From Blasia pusilla (Eukaryota), in contig CM114271.1 in the NCBI GenBank assembly GCA_050084515.1, positions 30,876,001-30,940,000 of the forward strand: a stretch of DNA of 64,000 bases, written 5' to 3'. The translations under genes and the position numbers were made by a program. Below are positions 36,494-50,389 of the stretch, in pieces (position 1 is the stretch's first letter; each line of letters starts with the position of its first letter). The notes under the pieces are model-generated. The model did not search any database, was not told the origin of the DNA, and worked only from the letters and a program-made list of their open reading frames with translations.

Positions 36494-37905
36494 ATGAATC
36501 TATCGAACTGCATCAGAAAGGGGTTTGGACCTCTATCAAATGGGAGAGTGCTTCGGCCACAGCGCAATCAGGTTATAGCTTCGCGCTCCTCGCAAATTCT
36601 TGGCGTGGCAAGTAACTCGTCGTCGCCATTTCAGTATGCGGGTCGCTGCGTCCGTGTACACGGAGTTGGCGTGGGTAGTGAGAACTGCGGCACTCCACGG
36701 ATTGGTGCGTCGTATCGCACCTTAAGGTTCAGAAGTAGCTCAAGCGAGAAAGCGACGTCAGGAGGTCACATAACGGAGGATCACGCTCGTCGTTTAATCC
36801 TGTATAGCAAGCCCGGTTGCTGTCTGTGCGAAGGTCTAAAGGAAAAGTTAGCGATGGTGCTCACACCCCGTGGCGACAGTCCCTTGTCCGAGGTTCAATT
36901 GGAGGTTAGCTCGCTGTCTGGAACTACTACCTTCCCTATCATTACTATACAATTCCATAGTACCTGATTTGAAAGGGCGAGCAATTTCAGTAGCGCTGTG
37001 AGTAACATCAGATTTCTCGCTCCTAATGATCTATTCACTGCTCTAGAGGCTGTTTTTTTCTCCATTTGCGTCATTCGTAGACCTTTTGGACCCTCATCGT
37101 GTAATCACATACCTCCGATCACTGCCTCCAAATTCAACAATGCGTGAGAACTGTCGACTCTTTCACTCCCTACTCAGAGATTAGAAGTCCCCCACTTCAT
37201 CACTGCTTCAAATATGTCATAACCTTCACCCGCTCCTAGAATCCGTTAACTCTGTTATCGTTCGTTCATATGCTCCGTGTTCACTCTACATACTCACATC
37301 AGAAACACGCACACACACACACACACACCTTTTGACGATGTTGAACCCACGAATTCTACGAAATTCACAATTGGCATCGTTTCTTACCACTCCCTCTTCT
37401 TTTTGTTGAAGCTTCCGAGTCGTATCAGATTCACTGATGGGCTATGTAAAACTTTGGGGCTAAAGCAGCCGTTGAATGCTGCGTGATGTCTTTGAGCTAT
37501 GGTTTTTGGCCGAGACATCTCTAGAGAGCTTCCTCGCAGGAACTGGACTCCTAGGTTCCTCTTCGTTGACCGGGACTGCTGATGTGCCTCCAGGTTCGAG
37601 ACATTACGACGAAGGCAGAGTGGGAGAATGCGTACCAATACGAAATTCCGGTTTTGACGCGTCTCACAGATGATGGCATAGAGGTACCAAGTCCTACCTT
37701 CTCTCAATCCTCCAAATTGAGATGCGGTAAATGTGTTCGGCACCATGAGAATCGATCTAACTGGTTGTTGTCTGATGGCTGGCTCCTGACTATCCGGGCA
37801 AAACCACTCCCGTTCGTTGGTACTGAGCAGGAGGCACTTCCTCGATTTTCTCCACGGCTCAGCTCCGAGCAGATAGAGAAGAAGCTCGTTGCGCTTTTAA
37901 CTTAG
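36494..37905 (+). CDS. Glutaredoxin-like protein (DUF836 type) with probable organellar transit peptide. Exons: 36494-36904, 37594-37683, 37831-37905
   Basis: LILYSKPGCCLCEGLKEKL...EVRDITTKAEWENAYQYEIPVL...LPRFSPRLS; CxxC motif; GT-AG introns in frame; Ser/Arg-rich N-terminus. Start codon inferred. Confidence 0.9.
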
Positions 37906-38726
37906 GTTAAGGAAGCCTCGCCTTGCTTTGCAATGGCTGTGACAGTAGTGACAGAGCATTCGATCGATGGAGTTAGGACAGTCCACGAGAATATCAATGG
38001 AAAAAGCATGGCTTAGCCTAGCCTGCAGACTGATGGAACCCTATTCATGGGTCGTCGAGACAAGGCAATCAGCTCCTTTTGGGACCGTCATGACCTGTGG
38101 AATCACCAGAGACTCTGCAAATATGAACGTGCATCCGAGATGTGCACAATTTAAATTTGGAAGATGCAGACGGACGGACCAGTGCAGTTCTCAAATACTC
38201 AATTTTTTAGAGTACCGATTGAGGTGAAGTGAGTAGTCTCCTTTTCTTCCGTAGAGAAGAGACGATGACATCCTTTCATGCTGCGCAACCTTCTTGAGGC
38301 GTTTGCTAGGGTTCAGAATTCATCAGAAAACATGAAAAACAAGAAAAACCGCCTGTCATGAAAAACAAGAAAAACCGACAAATACTTTTTAAGCCCCACT
38401 GCTTGGGGATCCAGATGTAGCCTTCAAAGTTGGTGTACAAACTGAGCAGAGAGTTGTATAGATACTTCCATGGAACACGTTTCTGCTCAAGCCCACCTTT
38501 TCGACGAGTGAGGACTAGGAAAGATAAGTGCAGTCTCGACAACTTCCGCGTCAAGTTCGCTTTGTATTATTACTTAAGGTGGTGCTTTGCCTAACGAAAT
38601 TGAGGAGTCCGCATGTGGAACCGATTCTAAGTTGTGTTTGAGGTTCAGATCTAGAATAAAGAACACCAGCAAGCATTTTTCAAACGAGTACCGGAGCTCA
38701 TCGATAGCCAGAAGAATCGCGTGATT

Positions 38727-39950
38727 CTACACAAAAGCTCGGAGAGTCGGTGTAAACGCCCATACCAAATGATGTGCACGAAGGAACTTCCAATCTGGCA
38801 ACCAGGTCAATGTCTCCTCTTTGGACTTGTCAAAAACGAGCACCCTGAAGGTGGAGTGCTTAAAGTGATGCTGATGCACAATGTAGAAAACCCCACGTTG
38901 AGAGAGACTACGAACAGGCGAGAAATCTCTCCAATATTCATGTCCCTGCCATTCGTGGTCTAGGTTGACCAGATCGCAATCCATTTTTTTAATCTCGTCG
39001 CCTAAATACTGGAAGTCTGCGCGACTTTCGTCTCCTTCTTCCCAGCATTCGTTGTCATACCAATCCACCAAAATGACATCATCGTTATGTGCAACAATCT
39101 GGAAGTTGCTTGGGAAGATCGATAGACCCGCCTCTTTAACAAAACTCCATTCCTCCAGCTCCACATTGTACTTCAGCAGTGCCCTTTCGACCATGTGAAA
39201 GTTACGCATCTCATAATGTACAAACCAGTAAAGACATCCCCCTCTACAGACACCTCTATTCGTGCTCTTCCACATTCTTCTCTCCCCCCACTCTCTATTT
39301 TCCTCAGGATCGGAATTTACGAGCACGGGTAGCCATCCACCTTGTTTCCAAGAGCGGGTGAAGGAATCATACACGAAAGTTTCAAATGGACTTTCTTCGT
39401 GAATCCCTGCGGCCACCAATTTGTAATTTCCAGTTTCTGGATTTACAACCAATCCTAGTAACATGAACTCAAAAGGGCAGCATGAGAATTCTTCAGGTAC
39501 AAGTTTTGCAGCCAACTGCAAATCTCTGAATTGCTTGGAGATAGGGTTGTAAACGGTGAATCTGTTGGGTGCGAGGGCATTGCTAAAACACAGAAGGCCT
39601 CCTTCAACTGCGACCAATGTGTCAGCGATCGAACTATGCTTCGCAGCGAAGGGGATAATCTGTCTCTCCCACCTGCTGCTGCTCGAATCATGAAAGGCGA
39701 GGGACGCCTCTTCACATAGCTCCTCGTTCCCTGCCATCTCACCACCTGGGTGATGATAGAAGAGAACCGGCTTCGAAGACTCGCGTGGGTGTATGAACCC
39801 ACAGGAGTCTATGGATATCTTCCACCGCTTACAAACTGAACGAAATCGCATCAGGCTCTGAAAAGGAAGCTTTGAAAGCACCTTCTCCACCAGCTCGTAA
39901 TTCAGTTTCTCCCACGCCTCCAGCGCCAGCCGAATCGCCTTCTCGCCCAT
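38727..39950 (-). CDS. Intronless F-box protein with kelch-like/F-box-associated C-terminal region (407 aa from MGEK)
   Basis: WEKLNYELVEKVLSKLPFQSLMRFRSVCKRW F-box, followed by VAVEGGLLC, VYNPISKQFRDL, YKLVAAG, VYDSFTRSW, GCLYW. The listed ORF start at 40133 is a non-ATG codon. Confidence 0.9.
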   Translation of the reverse strand: MGEKAIRLALEAWEKLNYELVEKVLSKLPFQSLMRFRSVCKRWKISIDSCGFIHPRESSKPVLFYHHPGGEMAGNEELCEEASLAFHDSSSSRWERQIIPFAAKHSSIADTLVAVEGGLLCFSNALAPNRFTVYNPISKQFRDLQLAAKLVPEEFSCCPFEFMLLGLVVNPETGNYKLVAAGIHEESPFETFVYDSFTRSWKQGGWLPVLVNSDPEENREWGERRMWKSTNRGVCRGGCLYWFVHYEMRNFHMVERALLKYNVELEEWSFVKEAGLSIFPSNFQIVAHNDDVILVDWYDNECWEEGDESRADFQYLGDEIKKMDCDLVNLDHEWQGHEYWRDFSPVRSLSQRGVFYIVHQHHFKHSTFRVLVFDKSKEETLTWLPDWKFLRAHHLVWAFTPTLRAFV

Positions 39951-42900
39951 TCTAAAGCGACAGGTGTGGCAAAGGAGAGAGTAGAGAAGTCCGCCACCGA
40001 CCGCGCTCGACCAATCTCCGATCCGCAGCCCTCCGCCTCTCCGAATCGATTCCAAAACCACTACGTCCGAGTCCGCAAAATAACCAACGCCCGCGGAGTT
40101 CGCCGACGGTGCCTCCCAGTTCCGGATCCACACTGCGGAGAAATCCGATGCGCGCGCAACAAAGACCGACCTAAGAAAACCTCAAGCACACATAACTCCG
40201 AACCCAGTCCTCCTCCCCCGACGCGTTCCGGAATTTTGGAAGCTCCTCCGCAATTCAAACGCCGCCGGCCACACCTTCGGAATTCCCTTCCGCCCCAACG
40301 GCCATCCCTGCAGCAGACCGCCTCGCAAACCAGAACACGCCATCCATCAACCACAACCCCTGCGCTGCGAAAGAAATGCGATCGGGCGACCCCTGATGCC
40401 TCCTCCTTCTCATTCATCACGTCGCGGCCTCGCGCGAAAGTGCCCCATTGGTGAGTACGGGCCGCCGGACCGCTGCGATCCGCGAACGATCCCAAAGCGG
40501 AGGGCGTACCCACTTTGGGCGTCGTCGTCGGAATCAAAGTGACAGTGTGACGGATGCTATGACTATGAACGCCAATATTTGAACGCACGGAGACGAGAAC
40601 CCGCTCTCTTTCTTTTTTTCATAATTATTTTTTCGGTCCGATGCACACTTTTCTATTTTTGTTATGTTTTTCTCATTTTTTCTTATATTCAAATTTTGAC
40701 TGACTTTAGAATTGGTCAATTTTACTTTTAAATTAATTGAGAATAATCTTATTCGCTCATAAAGGGGAAGGTCGTAGTGTTAGTGGTTGAGAGTGTAAAA
40801 GAAAGTTTTGTGATATGAAAAAGCATTTTCCAATAATAATATAAAATTCATAATTTTAATCTTTCAAAATTTTTAAAAAATGATTATGTGACATTAATAG
40901 ATGAAATATACAATTTTTAGTGGCAAAATGCATTTTTGTAAGCATATTTAATTTTATAACCTTATGAACACCATGTAATTATTTTTTAGTAATATGAGTG
41001 AAGTTTTTTCATAATATTAAGTTTGAAATGATTGTGAGTAGATGAGAAAAAAGTATTTTATGATGGAAATAGACTTGAAAAATTTTGATAATTATGAACG
41101 GGATAGAATATTAGAGTTTGGATATAAAGATTGAAAAAAACTCGTCAAGAAAATTGGCAATGGAAACATAAGACAAGAGGTGTCTGGAAAAACTGATGAC
41201 AACATAAAACATAAGAGAAGACATTTGCTTGACCTTCCAAAAATGGGAAAATTTTCCACAAGAAATTTGAAATGTTGGAAACTCAATTGGAAAACTTTCA
41301 AGAGGAATTTTTTTTGTAAACCCCTATAATGCCAACCTACTTGTGCCTCATTAGCTCAATAAGAATTACGATTAACATTTATATGTTATTGTGTTGTTGC
41401 TTCATATAATTCTATTGTAAGAGAACTCTAGATGCGACATTGTTATGCTTCTTGAAGTAGTCCTCCACATAATAACTTTTGCTCCCTTATAAATTATAAG
41501 GTCTAGATGGTCAATAATCTTGATTTTGGCTATTTCCTAATGCTTTGAAGTTATCCCTTCCTCTTCCAGATTTTATTTTTTGACAATACTCTCATGGTTA
41601 TTATTTTTGTTTTAATCTTGATAGCCCTAGTTTTGTTCACCCTTATCCATAGCCAAATCTTCCATCATAGTTATAATTTCCACTATTAAAATTTCTATCT
41701 CTATCTCTTCCCCATAATTATTATGCATTAATATGAATCACTTGAAGATAAACTAATTGCATCTCTTAACTCTTAACAAGAATGCGGCCCCTGGCTTACG
41801 CGGAATAGATCAGTAGTCAAGGACATTTGTCGGAGTTGAATATGATGAATAAGCGTGCCTGTCGCGACCCTCATGACCAAACGAGGGCCAAAGCGGAACA
41901 TCGGAACATTAGCGGGCTCACGCTAAGATGGTTTGCGCGTTGGAGTGGTCTCGAAGAAGAGACAAGAGACGAGACGCAAGCGAGGCTTCGCGTTTCAGAT
42001 GTTATGGTCGCGATTGAGAAACCTGGACCAAACGCGGAACAAGACTTGAAAGGAGTTGAGTCTAGGAAGTGGGTTGCCAAAGGAAGAATCCGGATTTGGA
42101 ACGCCACTAGCGTTTGAGAGTTTCCAATTGTATTTATGGCCATAAATTTTAGCGCCGAGATGCGTTTGGATCGAACAAGGGTGCGTTGGAAGACTTATGT
42201 AAAGACGGTTCAAATGCACTAAAGATCTCTGCAAACGCATAAGCAGCAACTGAGAAACAACCCGGAAACGACTGTAAGTAGAGTCGGGTTGAGGGCCACA
42301 ACGAAGGGCCCTACCCTTCTTTTCCAAAGGGGGTATTATTGGAGAACCCCAAAAGTACTAGTAAGGGGGAAGGTCTCCGAGAGTGCTTGGAACTCGAACC
42401 CCACTTTGGGCGCCACGGGGCGGCTCAAGGGCATGGAACGGATCGAGAGTTTGGGGTTGGGTTGGAAAACTTGAACCAAGTCTATGGAGGCGATTTTAGA
42501 CTTCCCTCTTGGATTTCACCCCGCTACTCAATTACTTGGGTCTCGGTTTGGAACTCACACGAGGTTCGTTGAACAGTTGGGATCGCTAGGCGCGCAAGTG
42601 CCGTTTTAGGTCCTGGACTAATCAGGAAGTCTGTTCCAAGTCTTGGAGGACTTGCCATGTTTTGGGAAACTAGGAAGTAAGGAGGTTGAGCTTGATGAGA
42701 TGCCGAGTTGAGAACTCGGTGGGTTGGAACACTGGTTGGCCCAGACCCGACTAATGAGAATGCATATTTGGGTGCAGATCGGCGATGAGATCGTGTCCTA
42801 CTGAACGTATGCTTCCGCAACAATAAAGATTGACGTTCAAGGAGAGTAGGGGCGCGACAGTGCCGATCACGAAAAGGAAAGCAATGTTGAAAATAATAGT

Positions 42901-45900
42901 AAAAGTGGGTAAATTGAGGTACATCACTGTCCACATTATTGGTCATAGGTGGATAAATTGTTGATCTTTTTTTATAGTAGAATATCTTTTACATGGGTAC
43001 TTTATGTCCTATCTGTTAATATGTTGTGAATGTAATATATTATGGTGTTGTTGTGCGTTATTAGTGTTAGTAGTGCTCGACTTTAAACTTCCCGTGAGGG
43101 TGGCACAAGAAAATGGAGTATTTTTATGTTGTGAAGTAGGTGTTAAACAACCTTTTGTTGCTCAAATAAAGAATGGATGTACATATGAACAAACTTATGC
43201 ACTAAGAGGGTTGAATTATTAGCACACACAAATGCTAAGTCGAAATACAACAGAGAAACAGAGAATAGACAAAAAACATGAAGTATAATTTGAGACAATT
43301 GCAAACAATTGTTGGGGGCAGAAATTTATGTTGCAGAATTTGCAAATACTAAAAGTTAGATTACCCAGATGAGAATTGATGGCTCAAGAAGTATTAGAGT
43401 GATGTGAGGGTATAAGAGAGCCACATGTAACCTAGCACAGAGGAGGAGTGATGCACTACAATTAGCTAGTAAGATGAGCACAAATAAGGCATACAATGTA
43501 GGCTGGAATTCACAAAGACAAATGAAATTGCAGCATAGGTGACATAATTGCAAGACTCCTTTAATTGTGATTAAGTTAGTTAGTCACCAGCTTTACAAAA
43601 TAGAAGAGGTGGAAACAAGTGGTGTTTAGCAAGAAAAGAAATTGCAGTTGTGAGCCAGAATAGAACTTGCAGATTGCAAATAGCAAGAAAAACTAAAGGC
43701 GAGCCAAAATGTAAAATGCGTGGAAATTGTAGCTTTTGCAACTAACAATAGCTTCACATTAAACGACTAAGATGGTCAGGCTTGTAGCTAGACTTGAGAT
43801 GCAGTACATCAGGGAATTGTATTGTGTCTGGTTGGAGAACTTATATCTTAGCACACATATTTTTCAGATCCACAAGCCGCTTATGTAAATCTATATCGGA
43901 GCGATACTTCCACATACAGTGAGTCTCAAGTGAAAGTATGCCATCTAGAATAGCCTTAATTTGCTGTCGGAAACATAAGTCCTGCTCGATACTGAAGTTC
44001 TTATCTTCAGCGACTGATCCCATCATTGTTCGTAGAATATCATTTTGATATTCACTTTCATCGAGACGGTCCTAGATTATGCCGATATTTGTAAGCCTTG
44101 CGTTGAACAAAGAAATTGGAAATGTGTTGCTGCACTAGATTAGATCTCCCATCCTTGGAAGTTCAATCTCCGTGCTAGGTGAACAACACCGTCTTCTTCC
44201 TTTACGTGGTGCAGCCTTCCATGAGCAAGGAGTGTGGTAAGTATCACTTCCACGATATGAGAGACGTCTTGCAACAACAATTACAATACATTTGCATGTA
44301 GCAGGAGTGTCTTCATGAATTAAATGTGCTATATACAATTTCTGAGCTACTAGTTGCTAGCTACCTGCATCAGTGTACAACTATTTAAGAAGCTACTAAG
44401 TAGAGACTTAAAAATGAAACATAAATTTCACATACTAAATAAGATTAAAGATACAGCATCAAACATCAAACGCAGGAATGGAAATGCCCAACCATCATTG
44501 AACAAAATGAGACAACCATAAAGTAGGGACGACGGACATTATGCCATAAGGCAAACATGAGTTAAAAACACACGATGCAAAGGGAACAAAAAGTGATGCA
44601 TCAAAGCGGTTATAGTTGGGGTAATATGTTGTAAAATAGTTCAGCTAAGAGGTACAAGCCATAGTTTGAATATCTGAAAAGTAACTATGTGTATTGTAGA
44701 GGGAATAACTGAGAAGTTCAAATAGTGTGAATAGGGAAAATCTATTTGCTGAATAAACATAGGTACCAGCAAATATAACATAGTAGCCACCATGGTGGAT
44801 TTGCCATGCTATTGCATCATGGACTTTCCCTGGTACAAGATCAACAGAGAAGGCTGGATTAGATCACAAAATAGAGTGGACAAGAAAGAGTTGACATAAG
44901 GCTAGAATGAAAAAAAATCACTTGTTACATGTTAGCGGGATAGGCAAATTACCAAGATTAAACATATTTTCTTTTGTTTGGCGATTCAGGCAACAACGGT
45001 CCTTGGTAGGGTGTCGTGTTGTTGTACATCTGGGAACCTTGTAATCGTTTTGTGTGTGACACACTTTGGCTAGAACTTGGTGTGTCTAAGTAGCTATTAG
45101 GAATGTTGCGACCATATGCTCGTTCAATAACAAGTGTACCAGCTTCTTTGGCGATCTTCATGCGTTCCAGAAAATGTGCGGCTTTTTGAGCTGACAAATT
45201 TATCAACATGTTGAGTGGTACTTTCATTATCATGCGTAGTTCCTGAAATTGATCAAGCTTAATGCCACCAGTCAGTCTATAATAATGGATAGCAGCTTGT
45301 TTTCGGGTGAGGTCTGACTCATTGTATTGAACATTCTTGTAGTCCATGACTTCTTTTTGGATTCTTGGAATAGATGTCAAAATAACAAGCAGATTAGAGT
45401 GTGAAAAAATTTGTGCACTCATATTCAAAAAAGGGAGAAAATGTGAATTGGGAGGGAAGGTGATGTGTGTACCAATCAATGGTGGCTACTTTCTCAACTC
45501 ACAAAATAAAGTTGCCCAGTTCTTTCGCTGATCGATTATCCTGTTGAGCTGGTGGCTAGTAATATCGTCGTACAAATGGCAATGATCCAAACCTAGGTTG
45601 TTTGCATACCTAAGCTGAGCGTCTGTGGGCGGAACAAATTGAACAGTTGGCTCGTCGGGAAGGCTAGGCATGCCTTCAAGGATCATTTTTGCAAAATCAA
45701 TGTAGGACCTTGGCACATGAACAAAAAGGTTAGTAGATGGTTGCTGAATTGTAACAAGTAGAAGTGAGATAAAATCATCAACTACAAACTTGAGTGTCGT
45801 GTTGGCTGCCGTCAGGCTAAAATTCGGTCTATGGAGTTGCTTCAGGATTATTGTAGTCGTCAAAACCACTGTCGCTTAAGACAATTGGACTTGGTTGGGG

Positions 45901-45977
45901 AGCACCAAACAGAGGTGTGGGCACGTCTAGGACCGTTGGTGGACTTGGAATTGTTGCCGATCTTTGGCCTCGACCTC

Positions 45978-48900
45978 TCAAACTTCCCTCGTTGCTCGCC
46001 ATTCTGTGAAACTCGGTTGTCTGAGTGTAGCAAAGTTTGTCCTACTTATTCTCAATAGTGCATTGTTTGATTGTAGATGAACTATAATAATTGTCAACTC
46101 GTCATTGTTGTAGATACAATCAACAATAGTTGCAGATGCACCATTTGCAGCCTGAACGCTCATATCTATATTAGACGTGAGAAGAACCCTACAACCAATA
46201 GCAAGAAAGCTTGACTGCTGGAATGGTTGATCAGATATCCATTTGTTAAATTGGGGGTTAGGTGGGGCATCTGTAGATATATGAACCGAGATGATCGCAC
46301 CTACGCCAAATAGCCTCCATAGTGTGATAAGGTTGAACATCTGAACATCGACACGATGAGTGCATATAACCTGGGTGTCTTCATCAATGAAATCTAGCGC
46401 TTTGTCCTCATCAATGAAACAAGTGTGAAGACACTCGTTTATGTGTGTTTGCAGGGGAAAAGTAGTTTTGATGTTTGATAGGAATTTCAAAAAGTGTGGA
46501 TCGTCTGCGTGTCTCATTGGTATTGTCAGTTCATATCTAATGGTTGTTGAATAGAATGGAGAAGAGGAGATATGACACAATGAGCAAAATGGCTTGTCTT
46601 TATGCGTGCAAACATGGGGCAGTTGACACAAATCACATAATCATATTACAAGCTTGGTGGAGAAAGCATCGGTGGAGGATGGGCAGACCTAGTGTAAGCG
46701 CATAGCAATTATATGTAGCAATTTGGTTGTCAGCATCAAGCACTCATCAATAACGAAAACTCCAACATTCTCAAGGCGCATGTATTGGTCTGAAGCTGAA
46801 TACATTGAGGGAAAATCACCTTTGAGCAGTATGCCAAATGCTGAGTGGACAGGTTCAGTTGCGGAATGCAGTCTGACGGCTGCAATACTAGTGGTGGCTG
46901 AGAAAATTGTAGGGATACCTTTCTTTGCTTAATAGGATTGCATGAAATGAATAAAATACATCTTGCCACACCTTGGCAGGTCAGTTATGAAAACCAATCC
47001 AGACAAACGCAACCTAATATTTTCATATAAACGGAGCTGTTCTGCATTGAGTACTTCCACCGGAAATAGCGGGTCTATATAAGGAGCAGCATGCATGCTT
47101 GACATATCATAAGGAGCAGAGTTTTCAAAAAATGTTTGTGGTAGTATGTCAAATTGAAGATTGGGCTTAATGATGTCAAGTGTCTTAGAGTTTAGTTCAC
47201 TTGTATGAACCTCACTCTAGAGGTTAGCCTCGGCATGTTTTTGTATTTGGTCTACTACACATGAAACAATGTTAAATATTTTTTTGGATATGCACTCATG
47301 TAAATAAGTCTAGCTAGGAGAGGAAATAGGTAAGATTTTAGCCTCATCTCTTAAACATATATTATCAAGGAGTGTGGAATAAAAAGATTCATTCCGCTGG
47401 TGCAAGGGGTGGTATTCAATGAATTGGACAAGGCTATCTCTGTTGTAACCGAGTTTTTTATCAGATCAAGTCTAATGAAATTTTTTACATTACTTGTGCT
47501 GAGCTTTACAACGTCATGGTGAGTCCAAAACTGAATGAAAGTCATTTGAGATAACCACTAAGGCCTATAGCAATACACTGTGGTTGGGTGTATACATATT
47601 TTTGTTGCATTCTTGTACAATGTTGTTTGTCTATGGGATGGGATGGAATCTATATAGTGTAACCCTTGAGACCTTTGTATAACTGGGATCCTTAGTGCGG
47701 TGAGAGCAGCCTCGATGGACGACACAGGGCGGTTTAGCACAACACCAGATACTAATCGCAACCTTGTCTCATCTAAGCCTTCCACACCAAGAGGTTTTGC
47801 ACACTTTGTTGTAATGTTAAGGGCTCCCTGGGTTTCACATTTCAGAGCATACTTCAGTAGATAAAAGGACCATAGTACATTTGTTACTCTCTGCAAGTTC
47901 ATATAGCCCCCCCAAAGCAGTAGAACAGCGGGGTGGTATGGAATAACATTACGGTCCTCATGAGATTTTGTATCAATTAATGGATCTACTTGAGTATTTG
48001 TGGCAAGCGGGAAGCCTATACAAAAATATGGAGCATGGTCCCTTGTTGCACCAACAACACAACCACCCTGCCTACAAGAGTGCATCTGCTTAGTTGTCAC
48101 ATAGTGGTGTAGTTTATGAAGTGCAGAACATTGAGTATGTATGGTTGCAGTCTAGAGAACAATTCATCCGAGGAATATAGCAACATATCTCTATGGTGAC
48201 TCTATGGACATCTTTTTTGTCAACCCAGAGGATAATGTGGAAGTGTAGGCTTCCCCTACCCTGGAGCTCATACCTGATTAAGTAGTTACGCACAGTGCCA
48301 AGAATGCAGGATCCACCTAATACATAAGTCTGGAGAAATTTCTTAATCCTAGTGTGAAAGAGTACAGTGCACTCAGTTGTTGCATCGCGCCATGTGAATG
48401 CAAGGTTTCTACTTTTCAACACCTCCTCAATGTGCGTAATTTCAGGCCATTTGGTATCAGATACCTCATCAGAGGTAAGTGTTTAAAAAAAAATCATGCA
48501 TACCCTATTTCTTAACCATAGTCTTTAGGTCTCTCAGATGTCTCATGTGCCAACTTGGGCTGATGGGAATCTGGGCACTAATGGTGTACTTGGATAAATG
48601 AGAATAAAGTTCGTGCTCGGCAAGAGCTCAATATTTGCACTTAAATTGGTCAAGTTCTCTATTCAAAATACAAGAACGGGTAGTGGATGCTAATGCAATG
48701 GGTTGCCAAAGCTGGTGCATAATAAGAAGGTAGGGTTTATATAATGTGAACACGCTAAACAGTTGTCCTGTTCGATTGCAAAGGTAGTCGGCAAAAGAAC
48801 AGTGCCGTGTCAAAACACCTCGAAGATATGGAAAGAGAAATGGGAATATTACAATTTCAATAGTGAGCTTGGTATCTCGCGATATATCATTGTTGTCACT

Positions 48901-49640
48901 CAAAATTAAAAATCTTCTCTATTGTGGGCTTGCTCCCTTAGGAATATACTCCCACTTTGGAAAATATCTAAGGAATGCCTTTTTTTCACTAGAAGCGTAT
49001 CTTGGACATCTTGCAGAACATTAAGTTCTGCACTATACGAATCAATATTCATACTGTGCATTACCTTACCCTTCTCCTGGGATGCTCTGAGAATAGATTC
49101 AACGGAGGATGAAAGCACAATAACAAGACCACAGGTTGGATTTGGGAGCTCTATCAACGGGACGTACTGAGAGTACAACTGATTAACCCTGAGATTCACA
49201 AGTAAAACCCTCCTTACTTTTCTGTAAAGGAAATCAGGGTCTGCTGAAAGTGGCCATGAGAAATTCCAGCCAATATATAAGGGGGGGATCAATAAGTGAG
49301 TCAACCTGGAAAAAACCACCATAAAACCCATTGTATTTCGTCTCTATACCTAATCTAGAATCAACTATGGAAAGAAACTAGAGGTAAAGCGGTTCAATAC
49401 TTAGTGCATTGCGAATATATGCAAGTGTCATGTACACATTCTAGGCTGTATTTTTATTTCCACCCAGTTATTGGGCATATATGTAAAATTTTCCAGGAGA
49501 TGATATAACATAACGAGCCATATATCTATTACAAAGTGCATACGGTGGGTAAATGTCACTGATTGTAATAGTCATTCTCAACTGACTTGTACCATAGGAT
49601 ACGGCACCACAATAGCCACAACATTTCATCTGTGTAATTA
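45978..49640 (-). mobile_element. Decayed Helitron Rep-helicase (Helitron2/Helentron-like Rep); element boundaries not determined
   Basis: HUH motif RYELQGRGSLHFHIILW; NVIPYHPAVLLLWGGYMNLQ...YLLKYALK (Y2 motif); degenerate P-loop; VFVIDEC; LCQLP; LTIPMRHADDPHF; IGCRVLLTSNID...ANGA. Many stops and frameshifts. Confidence 0.88.
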
Positions 49641-50389
49641 GGTTTGAGCAATAGGCTTCCTAGTTCTGAAGTAGAACATCAATTGCAGACCAGGCAGTAG
49701 ATACATGTTGTCTGTGGAGCCTAGTTGAATGTGATATCCTACTCACAGCCTGAAGCTTGCATCATCGTAACCTAACCTTATCTAGTAGAAGCATCGATGT
49801 GGTTTGCATAGTCCTTCTAGGCCGCACCATGTTCTAGCACGTGTTATACTAAACAACGGATGAGGCAACAGTGGAACAGACCTCCCTCTAAATAGCTAGA
49901 TGGAAAGTATTGCAACTAATATACGTGTTGAACGATTGGCAGTTGTAGTCCTTATCAACTGGGCCTGAGGTGAGGTGCAAGGGCTAGCATGATCTCGTTG
50001 CTTCGACAATGCTTTTGTATTGTGAAACTCCGATAGTAAGCTATAGTGTCCACGTATTTGGAATTGATTGTGCCGGTCGTGTAGACCTTACTACCACTGT
50101 TGTGAGTATTATAGGTTCAGGTGAATTGTGAAGTTAAAAACAAGATAAGTGTGGTGCTGCAATGAGTTTTTGAGATATACCCACTTGTAATGTCACTTAG
50201 CATAGTTGGATTTTGAAATTCTTCCACCTACGGCAGATAAACCTCTGATTGGACAAAGCAAGTGTGTTACAGGCTCATTTTGTAAAATGGAAGCCTTATA
50301 TAGTTGGTGAGGAAATTAGAATGCAGTACAAGGACTTGCGAGTTTTCAATAATAGGTAAATGCCATCCAACTCTGATCGGTTCAGTGTA

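Noticed and set aside
39966-40588. GC-rich ORFs of 162 and 175 aa upstream of the F-box gene
   Set aside because: No recognisable domain; they overlap the probable F-box 5'UTR/promoter and are likely by-products of GC content.
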